NCBI GenBank assembly: GCA_041624375.1
Contig: JBFJVD010000001.1
Coordinates: 1-57,619, forward strand
Reading direction: 5' to 3'
From: Anaerolineales bacterium
GTDB taxonomy: Bacteria > Chloroflexota > Anaerolineae > Anaerolineales > E44-bin32
DNA: 57,619 nucleotides
Shown here: positions 17,527 to 26,184 of the stretch, piece after piece
Numbering within the stretch: position 1 is the first letter of the stretch
Layout of the letters: each line of letters starts with the position of its first letter
The notes under the pieces: generated by a model
Databases searched by the model: none
Told to the model about the DNA's origin: nothing
Seen by the model: the letters and a program-made list of their open reading frames with translations, nothing else
Program-made: the position numbers and the translations under genes

Positions 17527-18344
17527 TGAGGGTCTTTATTTTGCTGGCGGTAGGATTGCTGCTCTCAGCCTGCGGCGCGCCAGCCGCCGACGTGACACCC
17601 ATGCCGGCCACCGCCACACCCACCCCGCTGCCAGCCGAGACCCCGACCAACTCACCAACTGCAACTGAGACGGCCACCGATGAGCCCGATGCTGGGCCGC
17701 CGGGCGCATCGGTCCAGACGGTGACCCTGTCCGGTGCAGGTGCGCTGCAGTTGGCAGCCACACTCTTCCTTCCTGCTGAGCGCCCCGCCCCAGGTGTGCT
17801 CCTGCTTCACATGTTCGGCCGTCAGCGCAGCGACTGGGATCCCCTGGCGGGCAGGCTCCAGGAGTCCGGCTACGCCGTTCTAACAATCGACTTGCGCGGA
17901 CATGGAGAGACCGAGGGCGCGCTCGACTGGACTCTGGCCCAGGAGGACGTCCTCCATGCGTACCAGTGGCTGGCTGGGCATGAAGCCATCCAGGCCGAAC
18001 GAACGGCGGTCATCGGCGCCAGCATCGGAGCCAACTTGGCGCTCGTGCTGGGGGCCGCCGCGCCGGAGATCGATGCCCTGATCGCCCTCTCGCCCGGACT
18101 GGACTACTTCGGTGTGCGCACGCAGCCCTCCGTTGAGACGGCCGCCGGCCGCCCCATGCTGCTCGTGGCTGCCGAAAACGACACCTTCGCGGCGGATAGC
18201 GTTCGAAACCTCACACCGCTCGCGGGTGAGTCGGCGGAACAGGTCCTCTTCAGTGGAGGCAGCCATGGCACCCAGCTGCTCGAAGCGGAGCCCGAACTCG
18301 TCGACCGACTCCTGCAATTCCTTCGAACCCACCTGGGCGAGTGA
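17526..18344 (+). CDS. Alpha/beta-hydrolase-fold lipoprotein (dienelactone-hydrolase/prolyl-oligopeptidase-like)
   Basis: Trimmed to ATG 17526, which overlaps the previous TGA. Lipobox LLLSAC, GVLLLHMFG, and a nucleophile elbow GASIGAN. Confidence 0.7.
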   Translation: MRVFILLAVGLLLSACGAPAADVTPMPATATPTPLPAETPTNSPTATETATDEPDAGPPGASVQTVTLSGAGALQLAATLFLPAERPAPGVLLLHMFGRQRSDWDPLAGRLQESGYAVLTIDLRGHGETEGALDWTLAQEDVLHAYQWLAGHEAIQAERTAVIGASIGANLALVLGAAAPEIDALIALSPGLDYFGVRTQPSVETAAGRPMLLVAAENDTFAADSVRNLTPLAGESAEQVLFSGGSHGTQLLEAEPELVDRLLQFLRTHLGE

Positions 18345-18421
18345 GCCGCTCCGCAGGGTGGCTATGGGGGAGAGTTGGGCACGCCTGATGATCCTTCATT
18401 TGCCACCGACCGGGGACGGTT

Positions 18422-18450
18422 AAAGAAAAGGAGCCCGTTGAACGGGCTCC
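18422..18450 (-). terminator. Intrinsic terminator of lexA
   Basis: On the minus strand, GGAGCCCG-TTCAA-CGGGCTCC is followed by TTTTCTTT. Confidence 0.7.
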
Positions 18451-18480
18451 TCAAACGCCGGTCACCAGGGACAGCGAACG

Positions 18481-19140
18481 TCAATTCAGCTGCCGCACCA
18501 CCAGCATCACCTTGCCCTGGACTTCCAGGGTCTCGGGGTTCTCGATGATGATCGGCTTCATCCGTGGGTTCGCCGGCTGCAACCGGACCTTGCTGCCTTC
18601 CCGGTAGATATGCTTCAGCGTGGTCTCTTCCCGTTCCTTATTCCACACGGCCACCATGTCCCCGTTGCTCCATTCAGGGACACGACGCATCACCACGATA
18701 TCGCCTTCGTTCACCATGGCATCGATCATCGAATCCCCCTTGACCTCCAGCGCGAACAGTCCCTCGGTTGAAGGGAGCAAATCACGGGTGATCTCAATCG
18801 CTTCATCCGTGCCGAAGATCTGTGAATCGGTTCCCGGCAGTGGAACGGGTTCGCTGGCGAAGATTCGCCCGACAAGAGGCACCCGCACCACATCGGCCAG
18901 CTGATGTGTGGCTCGCACAAGCTTCTCAGTCAGCCGGATCCCGCGAGACACATTCTGATCGCGATCCAGATACCCCTCATCCACCAACCGGTTCAGGTTG
19001 TAATTGACAACCGAGGTTGATGAAATGTTCGCAGCCTCCCCGATCTCCCGGATCGAAGGCGGGTACCCATTCTCCTCGTTAAACTCCATGATAAAGTCCA
19101 GAATCCGGCGCTGGCGGTCCGATAATTTGCCTTTGGCCAT
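18481..19140 (-). CDS. lexA: LexA repressor (S24 self-cleaving)
   Basis: LSDRQRRILDFI..NGYPPSIREIGEA is the HTH. GDSM is the Ser nucleophile and TLKHIY the Lys. The AAGGAGG SD is upstream. Confidence 0.9.
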   Translation of the reverse strand: MAKGKLSDRQRRILDFIMEFNEENGYPPSIREIGEAANISSTSVVNYNLNRLVDEGYLDRDQNVSRGIRLTEKLVRATHQLADVVRVPLVGRIFASEPVPLPGTDSQIFGTDEAIEITRDLLPSTEGLFALEVKGDSMIDAMVNEGDIVVMRRVPEWSNGDMVAVWNKEREETTLKHIYREGSKVRLQPANPRMKPIIIENPETLEVQGKVMLVVRQLN

Positions 19141-19193
19141 GATCGCCTCCTTGCAGTTCCGGCCTGAAGCAGGAAGAGCTCTGGCTCAGGTCC

Positions 19194-19237
19194 GCACGCT
19201 TGTTCTATAGTTTAGCGGAACATTCGTTCTATGTCAA
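19194..19237 (-). promoter_or_regulatory. lexA promoter (TTGACA-17-TAAACT) with an SOS (Cheo-type) box GAACATTCGTTC inside the spacer, plus a degenerate second box GCACGCTTGTTC
   Basis: The -35 is at 19237-19232 and the -10 at 19214-19209 (minus strand). The perfect GAAC-N4-GTTC is at 19218-19229. The 1-mismatch copy is at 19194-19205, near the predicted transcription start. Confidence 0.7.
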
Positions 19238-19379
19238 GACGAAAATCACCCGCCTCCCCTCCGCGGGAGCGCTGCCAAAACAACCGCGTAGCCGATCGCT
19301 TCTACGAGCTGTTCCCCACCCCTCGCCAGCCGACTCGCAGCCAAAGGCCCAACCGTTGCAGCGTCGAGAAGAAGCTGTT

Positions 19380-19407
19380 TTGACCTGGCAGCCGGCCGGT
19401 CTACAAT
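19380..19407 (+). promoter_or_regulatory. xpt-guaA promoter (TTGACC-16-TACAAT)
   Basis: TTGACC is at 19380-19385 and TACAAT at 19402-19407. The SD GAGGA precedes ATG 19445. Confidence 0.55.
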
Positions 19408-19444
19408 AAGATGGTGAACCCCACCTCCAATCAATGAGGATGAG

Positions 19445-20017
19445 ATGCACAAACTCAAACTCCGGATCCAGACAGATGGAAAGAATCTTGGCGGCGGGAT
19501 CCTCAAGGTCGACGGCTTCATCAATCACCAGGTCGATCCCCTGCTGATGGATGCCTGCGGACGCGAGCTAGCCAACCGCTTCGCGCGCGTCGGCGCCACG
19601 AAGATCCTCACAGCCGAGATCTCTGGCATCGCCCCGGCCCTGACCACGGCGGCGCACCTGGGGCTGCCGGTCGTGTACGCACGAAAATCGAAGCCGATCA
19701 CCATGCCGGATCAGATTTTCCTGACGCTGACCCCTTCCCACACCCGAGGCCGGATCGTCGAACTGATCATTTCCCCGGAATTCCTGGGCCCGGAAGAGAA
19801 AGTGCTCATCATTGACGACTTCCTGGCGACAGGCCAGACCATCCTCGGCCTGGTTCGCCTGGCGCAGGCCGCCGGCGCAACCATCGTCGGCATCGGCGCT
19901 CTCATCGAAAAGACCTTTGAGGGCGGACGTGACCGGCTGGCTCCGGTCCAGGTGCCCATTGAGGCACTTGCAGTCATCACCAACATGGACGACGGCAAGA
20001 TTGTGTTCGCGGACTGA
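19445..20017 (+). CDS. xpt: Xanthine phosphoribosyltransferase
   Basis: 190 aa. GGILKVDGFINHQVDP and the PRPP loop VLIIDDFLATGQT are present. Confidence 0.85.
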   Translation: MHKLKLRIQTDGKNLGGGILKVDGFINHQVDPLLMDACGRELANRFARVGATKILTAEISGIAPALTTAAHLGLPVVYARKSKPITMPDQIFLTLTPSHTRGRIVELIISPEFLGPEEKVLIIDDFLATGQTILGLVRLAQAAGATIVGIGALIEKTFEGGRDRLAPVQVPIEALAVITNMDDGKIVFAD

Positions 20018-20023
20018 GCTTCG

Positions 20024-21559
20024 GTGGCCTCAATCGCCATCCTCGATTTCGGATCCCAATACAGCCAGCTGATCGCCCGCCGGGTGCGCGAGGCCCAGGT
20101 GTATTGCGAGCTCTTCCGGCATGACACGCCGGCAGAACAGGTGCAGGCCCTGCAGCCGGCCGGCTACATCCTCTCGGGCGGACCGGCGTCTGTCTACGAG
20201 CCGGGCGCGCCGCAAATCCCACCGTACGTGCTCGAATCGGGCAAGCCGATCCTCGGCATCTGCTATGGGATGCAGGCTCTCACGCACACACTCGGAGGAA
20301 GGGTCGCCCCGGCGGGCCGGCGGGAATATGGTCAGGCGGTGGTCGAGACCATCACGCCGAACCGGCTCCTTCCGGCAGGGATCGAACCCGTGTGGATGTC
20401 ACACGGCGATCGGATCGAAGCACCCCCGCCGGGATTTGCCGTGCTGGCGCGCAGCGACAACTCACCGATCGCCGCGATCGGCGAGGAGGCCACAGGGCGC
20501 TATGGCCTGCAATTCCACCCCGAAGTCCACCACACACCCATCGGGCCCGCCATCCTCTCGGCCTTCGTCCATGGCGTCTGCGGGGCGCCGGCCGATTGGA
20601 CACCGGAGTCGATCGTCGAGCGCGCCGTTGCGCGCATCCAGCAGCAGGTGGGCGCCGCGCCGGTCGTCGCCGGGGTCAGCGGCGGCCTCGATTCGACGGT
20701 CGCCGCCGCCCTGGTACAACGCGCGGTCGGCGATCAGCTCACCTGCATCTTCGTTAACACCGGGTTGCTGCGCCATGCGGAGCCCGAGTCGGTCGTCGAC
20801 ACCTTCAACGAGGTGATCGGCGCGCGGCTCATCGCCGTCGACGCCACCGAAGCCTTCTTCGAGAGCCTTGAAGGCGTCTCCGACCCCGAACAGAAGCGCC
20901 GCCGGATTGGCGAGCGGTTCATTCGGGTTTTCGAGGAGCAGGCGCGGCGCCTCGATCCGGCCGCCCGCCTGCTGGTTCAGGGGACCATCTATCCCGACGT
21001 CGTGGAGTCGAGCGGTGCAGAGCGCACTGTGGCTGCGCGCATCAAGACGCACCATAATGTCGGCGGATTGCCGCCTGATCTCGAATTTGAACTGGTGGAA
21101 CCGCTGCGCTTCCTGTTTAAGGACGAAGTGCGGCTCGTTGGCGCGGCGCTCGGGCTGCCGGAGACCGTACTGTGGCGTCAGCCGTTCCCCGGCCCAGGCC
21201 TGGCGGTCCGTTGTCTGGGCGAGGTCAGCCTGAAACGGGTGCAGCGATTGCGGAATGCGGATAGGATCATCACAGAGGAACTTGCGGCGGCCGAGATGTT
21301 GCGCGAAGAAACCGCCCAGGCCTTTGCAGTGTTGCTGCCGATCCGCTCGGTCGGCGTAATGGGTGACCAGCGGACCTATGCAGAGACGATCGCGCTGCGC
21401 GCCGTGACCACCGAAGACTTCATGACCGCCGACTGGGCGCGCTTGCCGCACGACCTGCTCGCCCGCCTCAGCCGCCGGATCGTGAATGAAGTGGAAGGCG
21501 TGAACCGCGTCGTCTACGACATCACAAGCAAGCCGCCCGCGACCATTGAGTGGGAGTAG
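20024..21559 (+). CDS. guaA: GMP synthase (glutamine-hydrolysing)
   Basis: The GATase domain has [18 protein letters not shown] and GICYGMQ. The ATP-PPase P-loop is [10 protein letters not shown]. The C-terminus ends ATIEWE. It has a GTG start 6 nt after xpt. Confidence 0.95.
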   Translation: MASIAILDFGSQYSQLIARRVREAQVYCELFRHDTPAEQVQALQPAGYILSGGPASVYEPGAPQIPPYVLESGKPILGICYGMQALTHTLGGRVAPAGRREYGQAVVETITPNRLLPAGIEPVWMSHGDRIEAPPPGFAVLARSDNSPIAAIGEEATGRYGLQFHPEVHHTPIGPAILSAFVHGVCGAPADWTPESIVERAVARIQQQVGAAPVVAGVSGGLDSTVAAALVQRAVGDQLTCIFVNTGLLRHAEPESVVDTFNEVIGARLIAVDATEAFFESLEGVSDPEQKRRRIGERFIRVFEEQARRLDPAARLLVQGTIYPDVVESSGAERTVAARIKTHHNVGGLPPDLEFELVEPLRFLFKDEVRLVGAALGLPETVLWRQPFPGPGLAVRCLGEVSLKRVQRLRNADRIITEELAAAEMLREETAQAFAVLLPIRSVGVMGDQRTYAETIALRAVTTEDFMTADWARLPHDLLARLSRRIVNEVEGVNRVVYDITSKPPATIEWE

Positions 21560-21614
21560 GTCCGCACCGTCCAGCGGCCATTGAATCCCGCAACGCAGTT
21601 GGAGGAGGAAGATC

Positions 21615-22541
21615 ATGGACTATGCAAATGTCCTGCGCAGAAGCTGGGAGATCACCTGGCGCTACAAAGGCTTGTGGGTCCTCGGCATCCTGGCAAGCTG
21701 CGCCAGCGGGGGCGGCGGCGGCAGCGGCGGGGGTGGGAACACCGGGTTTTCGACCGACAGCGGGAATGGACTCCCCCCGCAGGTTGAGCAATTCTTCCGC
21801 GGGGTTCCCGAAGAGTGGATCGTGGCTGCGGTGGTCCTCATCGTCCTGCTTGCGCTGCTCGTCGCCCTGATCGCCTTCGTCGTCGGTGTGCTCGGCCAGG
21901 GCGGCCTGATCGCCGGCTTTAAGCATGCGGATGATGGCAACCCCGTCACCCTGGCGGAAGCGTTCCGCATGGGCCTGCCGCACTTCTGGCGGCTGCTCGC
22001 CATTCAGCTCATCATCGGATTGGCGCTGCTGGTGGTCATCCTGGTCGTGGCAGGTGGTGCGATTCTGACCGCGCTCGCCACCTTCGGTATCGGGCTGATC
22101 TGCCTGATCCCGCTCATCTGCGTGCTCATCCCGCTAGCGATTGGTGTGAGTGTCTACACTGTGTTGGCGAAGGTGGCCGTCGTTGTCGATTCGCTGGACG
22201 TCTTCGCAGCGCTGCGAAAAGCCTGGGAGGTCTTGCGCGCCAACCTAGGACCGATGGCGCTGATGGCGGTCATCCTGCTCCTCGGGGGCGGACTGATCGG
22301 GGCACTCCTGGCGGCGCCGTTCCTGGTGGTCGTCCTGCCGGTTCTGGGCGGTCTGGCCTTCGGCACGGACGAGGCGCTCTTTACCGGGATCGGGCTGGCG
22401 GCCTTGTGCTTCGTGCTCTACCTGCCCGTCTTGATCGTGCTGGACGGCATCCTGCAGACGTTCATCCACGGAGCCTGGACGATCACGTACCGCCGACTGA
22501 CGGGTGCAGCCGGCGCGGCGTCGCTCGCCGCCGCCGAGTGA
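21615..22541 (+). CDS. Integral membrane protein of unknown function with an N-terminal Gly-rich loop
   Basis: 308 aa, starting MDYANVLRRSWEITWRYKGLWVLGIL, then CASGGGGGSGGGGNTG, then about 6 TM helices. No enzymatic motif is visible. Confidence 0.65.
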   Translation: MDYANVLRRSWEITWRYKGLWVLGILASCASGGGGGSGGGGNTGFSTDSGNGLPPQVEQFFRGVPEEWIVAAVVLIVLLALLVALIAFVVGVLGQGGLIAGFKHADDGNPVTLAEAFRMGLPHFWRLLAIQLIIGLALLVVILVVAGGAILTALATFGIGLICLIPLICVLIPLAIGVSVYTVLAKVAVVVDSLDVFAALRKAWEVLRANLGPMALMAVILLLGGGLIGALLAAPFLVVVLPVLGGLAFGTDEALFTGIGLAALCFVLYLPVLIVLDGILQTFIHGAWTITYRRLTGAAGAASLAAAE

Positions 22542-22572
22542 TCGCAGCGGTCATCTGCACGAACAAGCAGCC

Positions 22573-22613
22573 GCGGGCGAGGGACTCACAGGTTCCTCGC
22601 CCGCTTTACCTTT
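22573..22613 (+). terminator. Intrinsic terminator after the 21615..22541 gene
   Basis: GCGGGCGAGG-N12-CCTCGCCCGC is followed by TTTACCTTT. Confidence 0.65.
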
Positions 22614-22651
22614 AAGAAGAGACCCTCCCGCAGGGGTATGACGGGAGGGTC
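22612..22651 (-). terminator. Hairpin terminator for the small minus-strand ORF
   Basis: On the minus strand, GACCCTCCCG-N11-CGGGAGGGTC is followed by TCTCTTCTT. Confidence 0.45.
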
Positions 22652-22755
22652 AGCCGGAGGGAGGCTCAAGAGGCGCACTAGGAGATTCTTCGTGACACCT
22701 CGAGGCCACTAGGTTGGGACAGATACGCTTCGCTTGGTCCGGTTCCGCTCCTGGT

Positions 22756-22929
22756 TCAGGGCCAGACTTGCCAGATGCGCCACAGAAGCGTGAACTCGGT
22801 GATCAGGACAGCTGCGAAGCCGGTCAGCAGGATGGCCCGAATGAAACGTTCACCTTTCTGACCTTGGGGCTCCCGTTCGGCCGGAAGCTCGACCATTGTG
22901 GCTGTCAGCTTCTCGGGTGAACGGATCAT
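22756..22929 (-). CDS. 57-aa single-pass membrane protein (below the ORF-track length cut-off)
   Basis: MIRSPEKLTATMVELPAEREPQGQKGERFIRAILLTGFAAVLITEFTLLWRIWQVWP. AAGGAAAGGGG lies 8 nt upstream of ATG 22929. Third codon positions are mostly G/C, as in neighbouring genes. A terminator hairpin lies downstream. Confidence 0.45.
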   Translation of the reverse strand: MIRSPEKLTATMVELPAEREPQGQKGERFIRAILLTGFAAVLITEFTLLWRIWQVWP

Positions 22930-23052
22930 TTCTAGCGCCCCTTTCCTTCATCTGTCGCAGCCATCATATGTCAGTTTGAGCAGGGAGTGGGGGGTTTGTA
23001 AGCCCATCGAAAGCCATGCCGGCACGGGTCCGGGAACTGCATACGGGCGTGC

Positions 23053-23058
23053 TACAAT
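23053..23058 (+). promoter_or_regulatory. Extended -10 box (TGCTACAAT) 6 nt upstream of ATG 23065; predicts a leaderless mRNA
   Basis: TG-C-TACAAT is followed by GTGCCC and then ATG. Confidence 0.45.
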
Positions 23059-23064
23059 GTGCCC

Positions 23065-24921
23065 ATGCCCTGGTCAGCCCGCGTGCGCTGGCTCCTGCTG
23101 GCCCTGCTGCTTCTCGCTCCACCGAGTGTCGATGCGCTGGCCCAGATTGATGCCACCGTCCGCATCGCACCGCCGATCATCGACCAGTTCCCCGACATCA
23201 CGCTCTACCTTTCCATCTCTGACGGAACCGGGCGACGCATCCCCGGCTTGCCCACGCGCAGTTTCGAGATCGTCGAGGATGGCGCCCTGCTCGGCAATCC
23301 CGCCGTCCAGGAAGTGCGGGTCGGGACCCGACAGGTTTTCGTGATCAACACAGTCGAGGGCCTGGGAATCCGCGACAGCCGCGGGCGGACCCGCTTTGAT
23401 TTCCTGCGCCAGGCGCTAATTAACTGGTGGAGCAGCCCCTCCGCCAGCAAGGTCGCCAACGACGACCTCACCCTGATCACCGCAGGGGGCGCACTCCTGG
23501 CGCATCGGGACGCGGCCGCCGAGCTGGCCTCCACGCTCGACCGGCTCCAGCCCGATTTTGTGCGCCAGACCGGCGATCTCAACCTTCTCATCGAAGGCCT
23601 CGATTTTCTCTCCGACCCGGCGCCTCGCCCCGGCATGCCGAGCTTCGTGATCTTCCTCACGCCCCCGCTCGAGGAGACGGCCGGCACCGCCGCGCTCGAG
23701 AATGCCATCGTTCGAGCACAGGACATTGGGGCTGCGATCTACGTCGTTGCGGCCGGCAACCTGGAGGCGGAGGATCCGGCCGCTGAACTGCTGCGCCGCC
23801 TGGCGAACGAAACGGGCGGGGAGTTCTTCCTATTCGACCCAGCAGAGGGACTCTCTGGCCTGGCCGACCAAATCCTGGCGCAGCGGCTTCAGTACCAGCT
23901 GACCTACCGCTCCCGAATCACCAGCGCCGGCGATCACACCGTCCAGGTACGCGTTGGCGCCGATGGTTTGGACGGTGACTCGGAGACGCGCGCATTCAGC
24001 GTCGATGTGCGCGCCCCCGAGATCGCATTCATCCAGCCGCCGAATCGGATTGTCCGACAATCGGACGACCCTGCGCTAGACACAGCCAACCTGCCGCCAA
24101 CTCAGGCCGGCCTGGAGATCCTGGTCACCTTCCCCGACAACCATCCCCGCTCCTTGATGGCCAGCCGGCTGTTGGTGAACGGAGAAGTGGTTGCCGAGAA
24201 CACCGAACCGCCCTTTGATCGGTTCACTTGGGACCTTTCCACCTATAGCGAAACGACCGAGGTGGTTTTGCAGGCGACTGTCGAGGACAGCCTGACGCTT
24301 GTGGGCCAATCGGTGCGCCTGCCGGTGACGGTGGAAGTGAACATCCCACGACGCGGCCTGTGGGTGCTGCAACCCGCCGTCGGCTCGATGCTCGCGGCCT
24401 TCCTGATCCTGGTCGCTGGAATCGCCCTCGCCACCTACCTGCTCAGCTCGGGACGGCGCCAGGCGGCGGCCGGCGCTCGACCTGCCGCGACCGAGCGGCT
24501 TCGACGGCGGATCCGACGCGCCGGCCTGCGCCAGCCCCCCACCCCTGACGCCATTGAGGCCTTCCTCGTCCCCCAGCGGGAGGGCGCCGAGTCGCCGATC
24601 CCGCTCACCGGCGTCGACTTGATCCTCGGTCGTGACGCTTCCTTGGCTGCCTACCCGATCGACGACCCTTCCGTTGACGGACTCCATGCGCGACTGATCC
24701 GTCTGGCCGACGGGACCTACCTTATTCGCGATCAGGGCTCGGTTGCCGGCACCTGGGTGAATTTCGAAGCCGTCCCCGAAGAAGGCACCCGGCTGCAGCA
24801 CAACGATCGCATCCATCTTGGGCGCGCCGAGTTCCGCTTCCGTCTTCCTGATGCCCCGCCTCTGCCTGAAATCCGTGTCGTGCCAGACGCCGGCAACGGT
24901 TGGAAGGAGACGGGAGCTTGA
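23065..24921 (+). CDS. Single-pass membrane protein: extracytoplasmic vWA-like plus Ig-like domains, TM, cytoplasmic FHA domain
   Basis: Signal peptide MPWSARVRWLLLALLLLAPP. The vWA-like strands are QVFVINT, LTLITAGG, SFVIFLTPP, AIYVVAAG and LANETGGEFF. The TM is LAAFLILVAGIALATYLL. The FHA domain is LILGRDASL..GLHARLIR..YLIRDQGSVAGTWVN..RIHLG. The start is set at ATG 23065 (track: GTG 23059). Confidence 0.8.
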   Translation: MPWSARVRWLLLALLLLAPPSVDALAQIDATVRIAPPIIDQFPDITLYLSISDGTGRRIPGLPTRSFEIVEDGALLGNPAVQEVRVGTRQVFVINTVEGLGIRDSRGRTRFDFLRQALINWWSSPSASKVANDDLTLITAGGALLAHRDAAAELASTLDRLQPDFVRQTGDLNLLIEGLDFLSDPAPRPGMPSFVIFLTPPLEETAGTAALENAIVRAQDIGAAIYVVAAGNLEAEDPAAELLRRLANETGGEFFLFDPAEGLSGLADQILAQRLQYQLTYRSRITSAGDHTVQVRVGADGLDGDSETRAFSVDVRAPEIAFIQPPNRIVRQSDDPALDTANLPPTQAGLEILVTFPDNHPRSLMASRLLVNGEVVAENTEPPFDRFTWDLSTYSETTEVVLQATVEDSLTLVGQSVRLPVTVEVNIPRRGLWVLQPAVGSMLAAFLILVAGIALATYLLSSGRRQAAAGARPAATERLRRRIRRAGLRQPPTPDAIEAFLVPQREGAESPIPLTGVDLILGRDASLAAYPIDDPSVDGLHARLIRLADGTYLIRDQGSVAGTWVNFEAVPEEGTRLQHNDRIHLGRAEFRFRLPDAPPLPEIRVVPDAGNGWKETGA

Positions 24922-26051
24922 TCCCCACCGAGCGGCCGCATCTCGAAGTGGCGGCGCTGACGCACCCCGGCGAGCGCCGAAAGCACAACGAGGATCGCTA
25001 TTCGGTGAGCAGCTACCGTACCGAAGCCGACGGCCAGCCGGTGCTGCTGGCCATCGTCGCGGACGGGATCGGCGGGCACCAGGCCGGTGAGGTCGCTTCC
25101 GAAATCACGGTCGAGCGGATCCGCGAGCGCCTGGCCGCCTCAGATGGTGAACAACCACTCGATGTGCTGCGAGGGGCTGCGATGGAAGCCAGTAAAGCGG
25201 TCTTCGAGGCCTCCCAGGAGACCCCTGAGCGCACCGGGATGGGCTCGACCGTAGCCATCGCCTGGATTCTCGGCGATCGGCTGTACACCGCTTCCGCCGG
25301 CGACAGCCGGCTCTACCTGCTGCGGGGAAGGCGGCTGCGCCAGATTTCCCAGGACCACACCTGGGTTCAGGAGGCACTCGATCGCGGGATCATCTCGCCG
25401 GCCCAGGCTGAAGACCATCCGAATCTGCACGTACTTCGCCGCTACGTAGGCGGCCCCAAAGACCTCGAGCCGGATCTGCGCCTCTGGCTGTCCGAACGGG
25501 AGGGAGATGAAGCCGCTCGCAACAATCAGGGGCTGCGGCTCGAAGCCGGTGATCGGATCCTGCTCTGCAGCGATGGCCTGACAGATTTGGTCGACGACAA
25601 AGAGCTCGAAGCCGCATTGCGCTCCCAATCGCCGCGTCAGGCAGTGCAGACATTCATCGATCAGGCGCGCGCCCGCGGTGGACACGACAACATCACTGCA
25701 GTCGTGATCTCCCTGCCGGCTGAAGCGCGCAGTGCCGGACGAGCGCGCGGCTGCGCCCGCTGGCTCATCGCGCTGCTGGCGCTCTTGATCGGCGCCGCCG
25801 TGATCAGCGCGCTGGCCGCCAGCTGGTGGTATGGCTGGTGGCCCTGGACCCTGCTCGATGGCCGCGGCCAACCCACCGCAACGCAGCCCGCCCCCGCCAG
25901 CCCGGACCCTACGGGCGAACTGCCGCCGGAGACCTCGCTTCCCGCAGCAACCGCTACGTTCGCCCCCGACATAGCGCCGACGCTCGCTCCGCCCCCGGGC
26001 CCGACCTCCACGCCGATCCCGCTCCCAACGGTACCCACCGACGACACCTGA
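24918..26051 (+). CDS. Membrane-anchored PP2C Ser/Thr phosphatase with a Pro/Thr-rich extracytoplasmic tail
   Basis: Motifs HNEDRYS, VADGIGGHQAGEVAS, AGDSRLY, CSDGLTD and GGHDNITAVV. The TM is WLIALLALLIGAAVISALAA. TTG 24918 has GGAAGGAG upstream and overlaps the previous stop (track start: 24900). Confidence 0.85.
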   Translation: MIPTERPHLEVAALTHPGERRKHNEDRYSVSSYRTEADGQPVLLAIVADGIGGHQAGEVASEITVERIRERLAASDGEQPLDVLRGAAMEASKAVFEASQETPERTGMGSTVAIAWILGDRLYTASAGDSRLYLLRGRRLRQISQDHTWVQEALDRGIISPAQAEDHPNLHVLRRYVGGPKDLEPDLRLWLSEREGDEAARNNQGLRLEAGDRILLCSDGLTDLVDDKELEAALRSQSPRQAVQTFIDQARARGGHDNITAVVISLPAEARSAGRARGCARWLIALLALLIGAAVISALAASWWYGWWPWTLLDGRGQPTATQPAPASPDPTGELPPETSLPAATATFAPDIAPTLAPPPGPTSTPIPLPTVPTDDT

Positions 26052-26184
26052 TATTCAAGGCCCGGAGTCCCGCCGGCGCTGAGCGAACGTTCGACGACGT
26101 CCTCGGATGATGACTGGCCAGGGGGAGCGATCAGGGCCCAGAACTTGCACCGGTAAATTGCCGTTGAAGAGTCGTTTCAGTACA

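Noticed and set aside
19240-19444. Expected a purine (guanine/xanthine) riboswitch upstream of xpt.
   Set aside because: The conserved UAUAAU...GGAUAUGG...GUUUCUACC...CCGUAAA...GACUAUG elements are not present. The leader from the predicted promoter is only about 30 nt.
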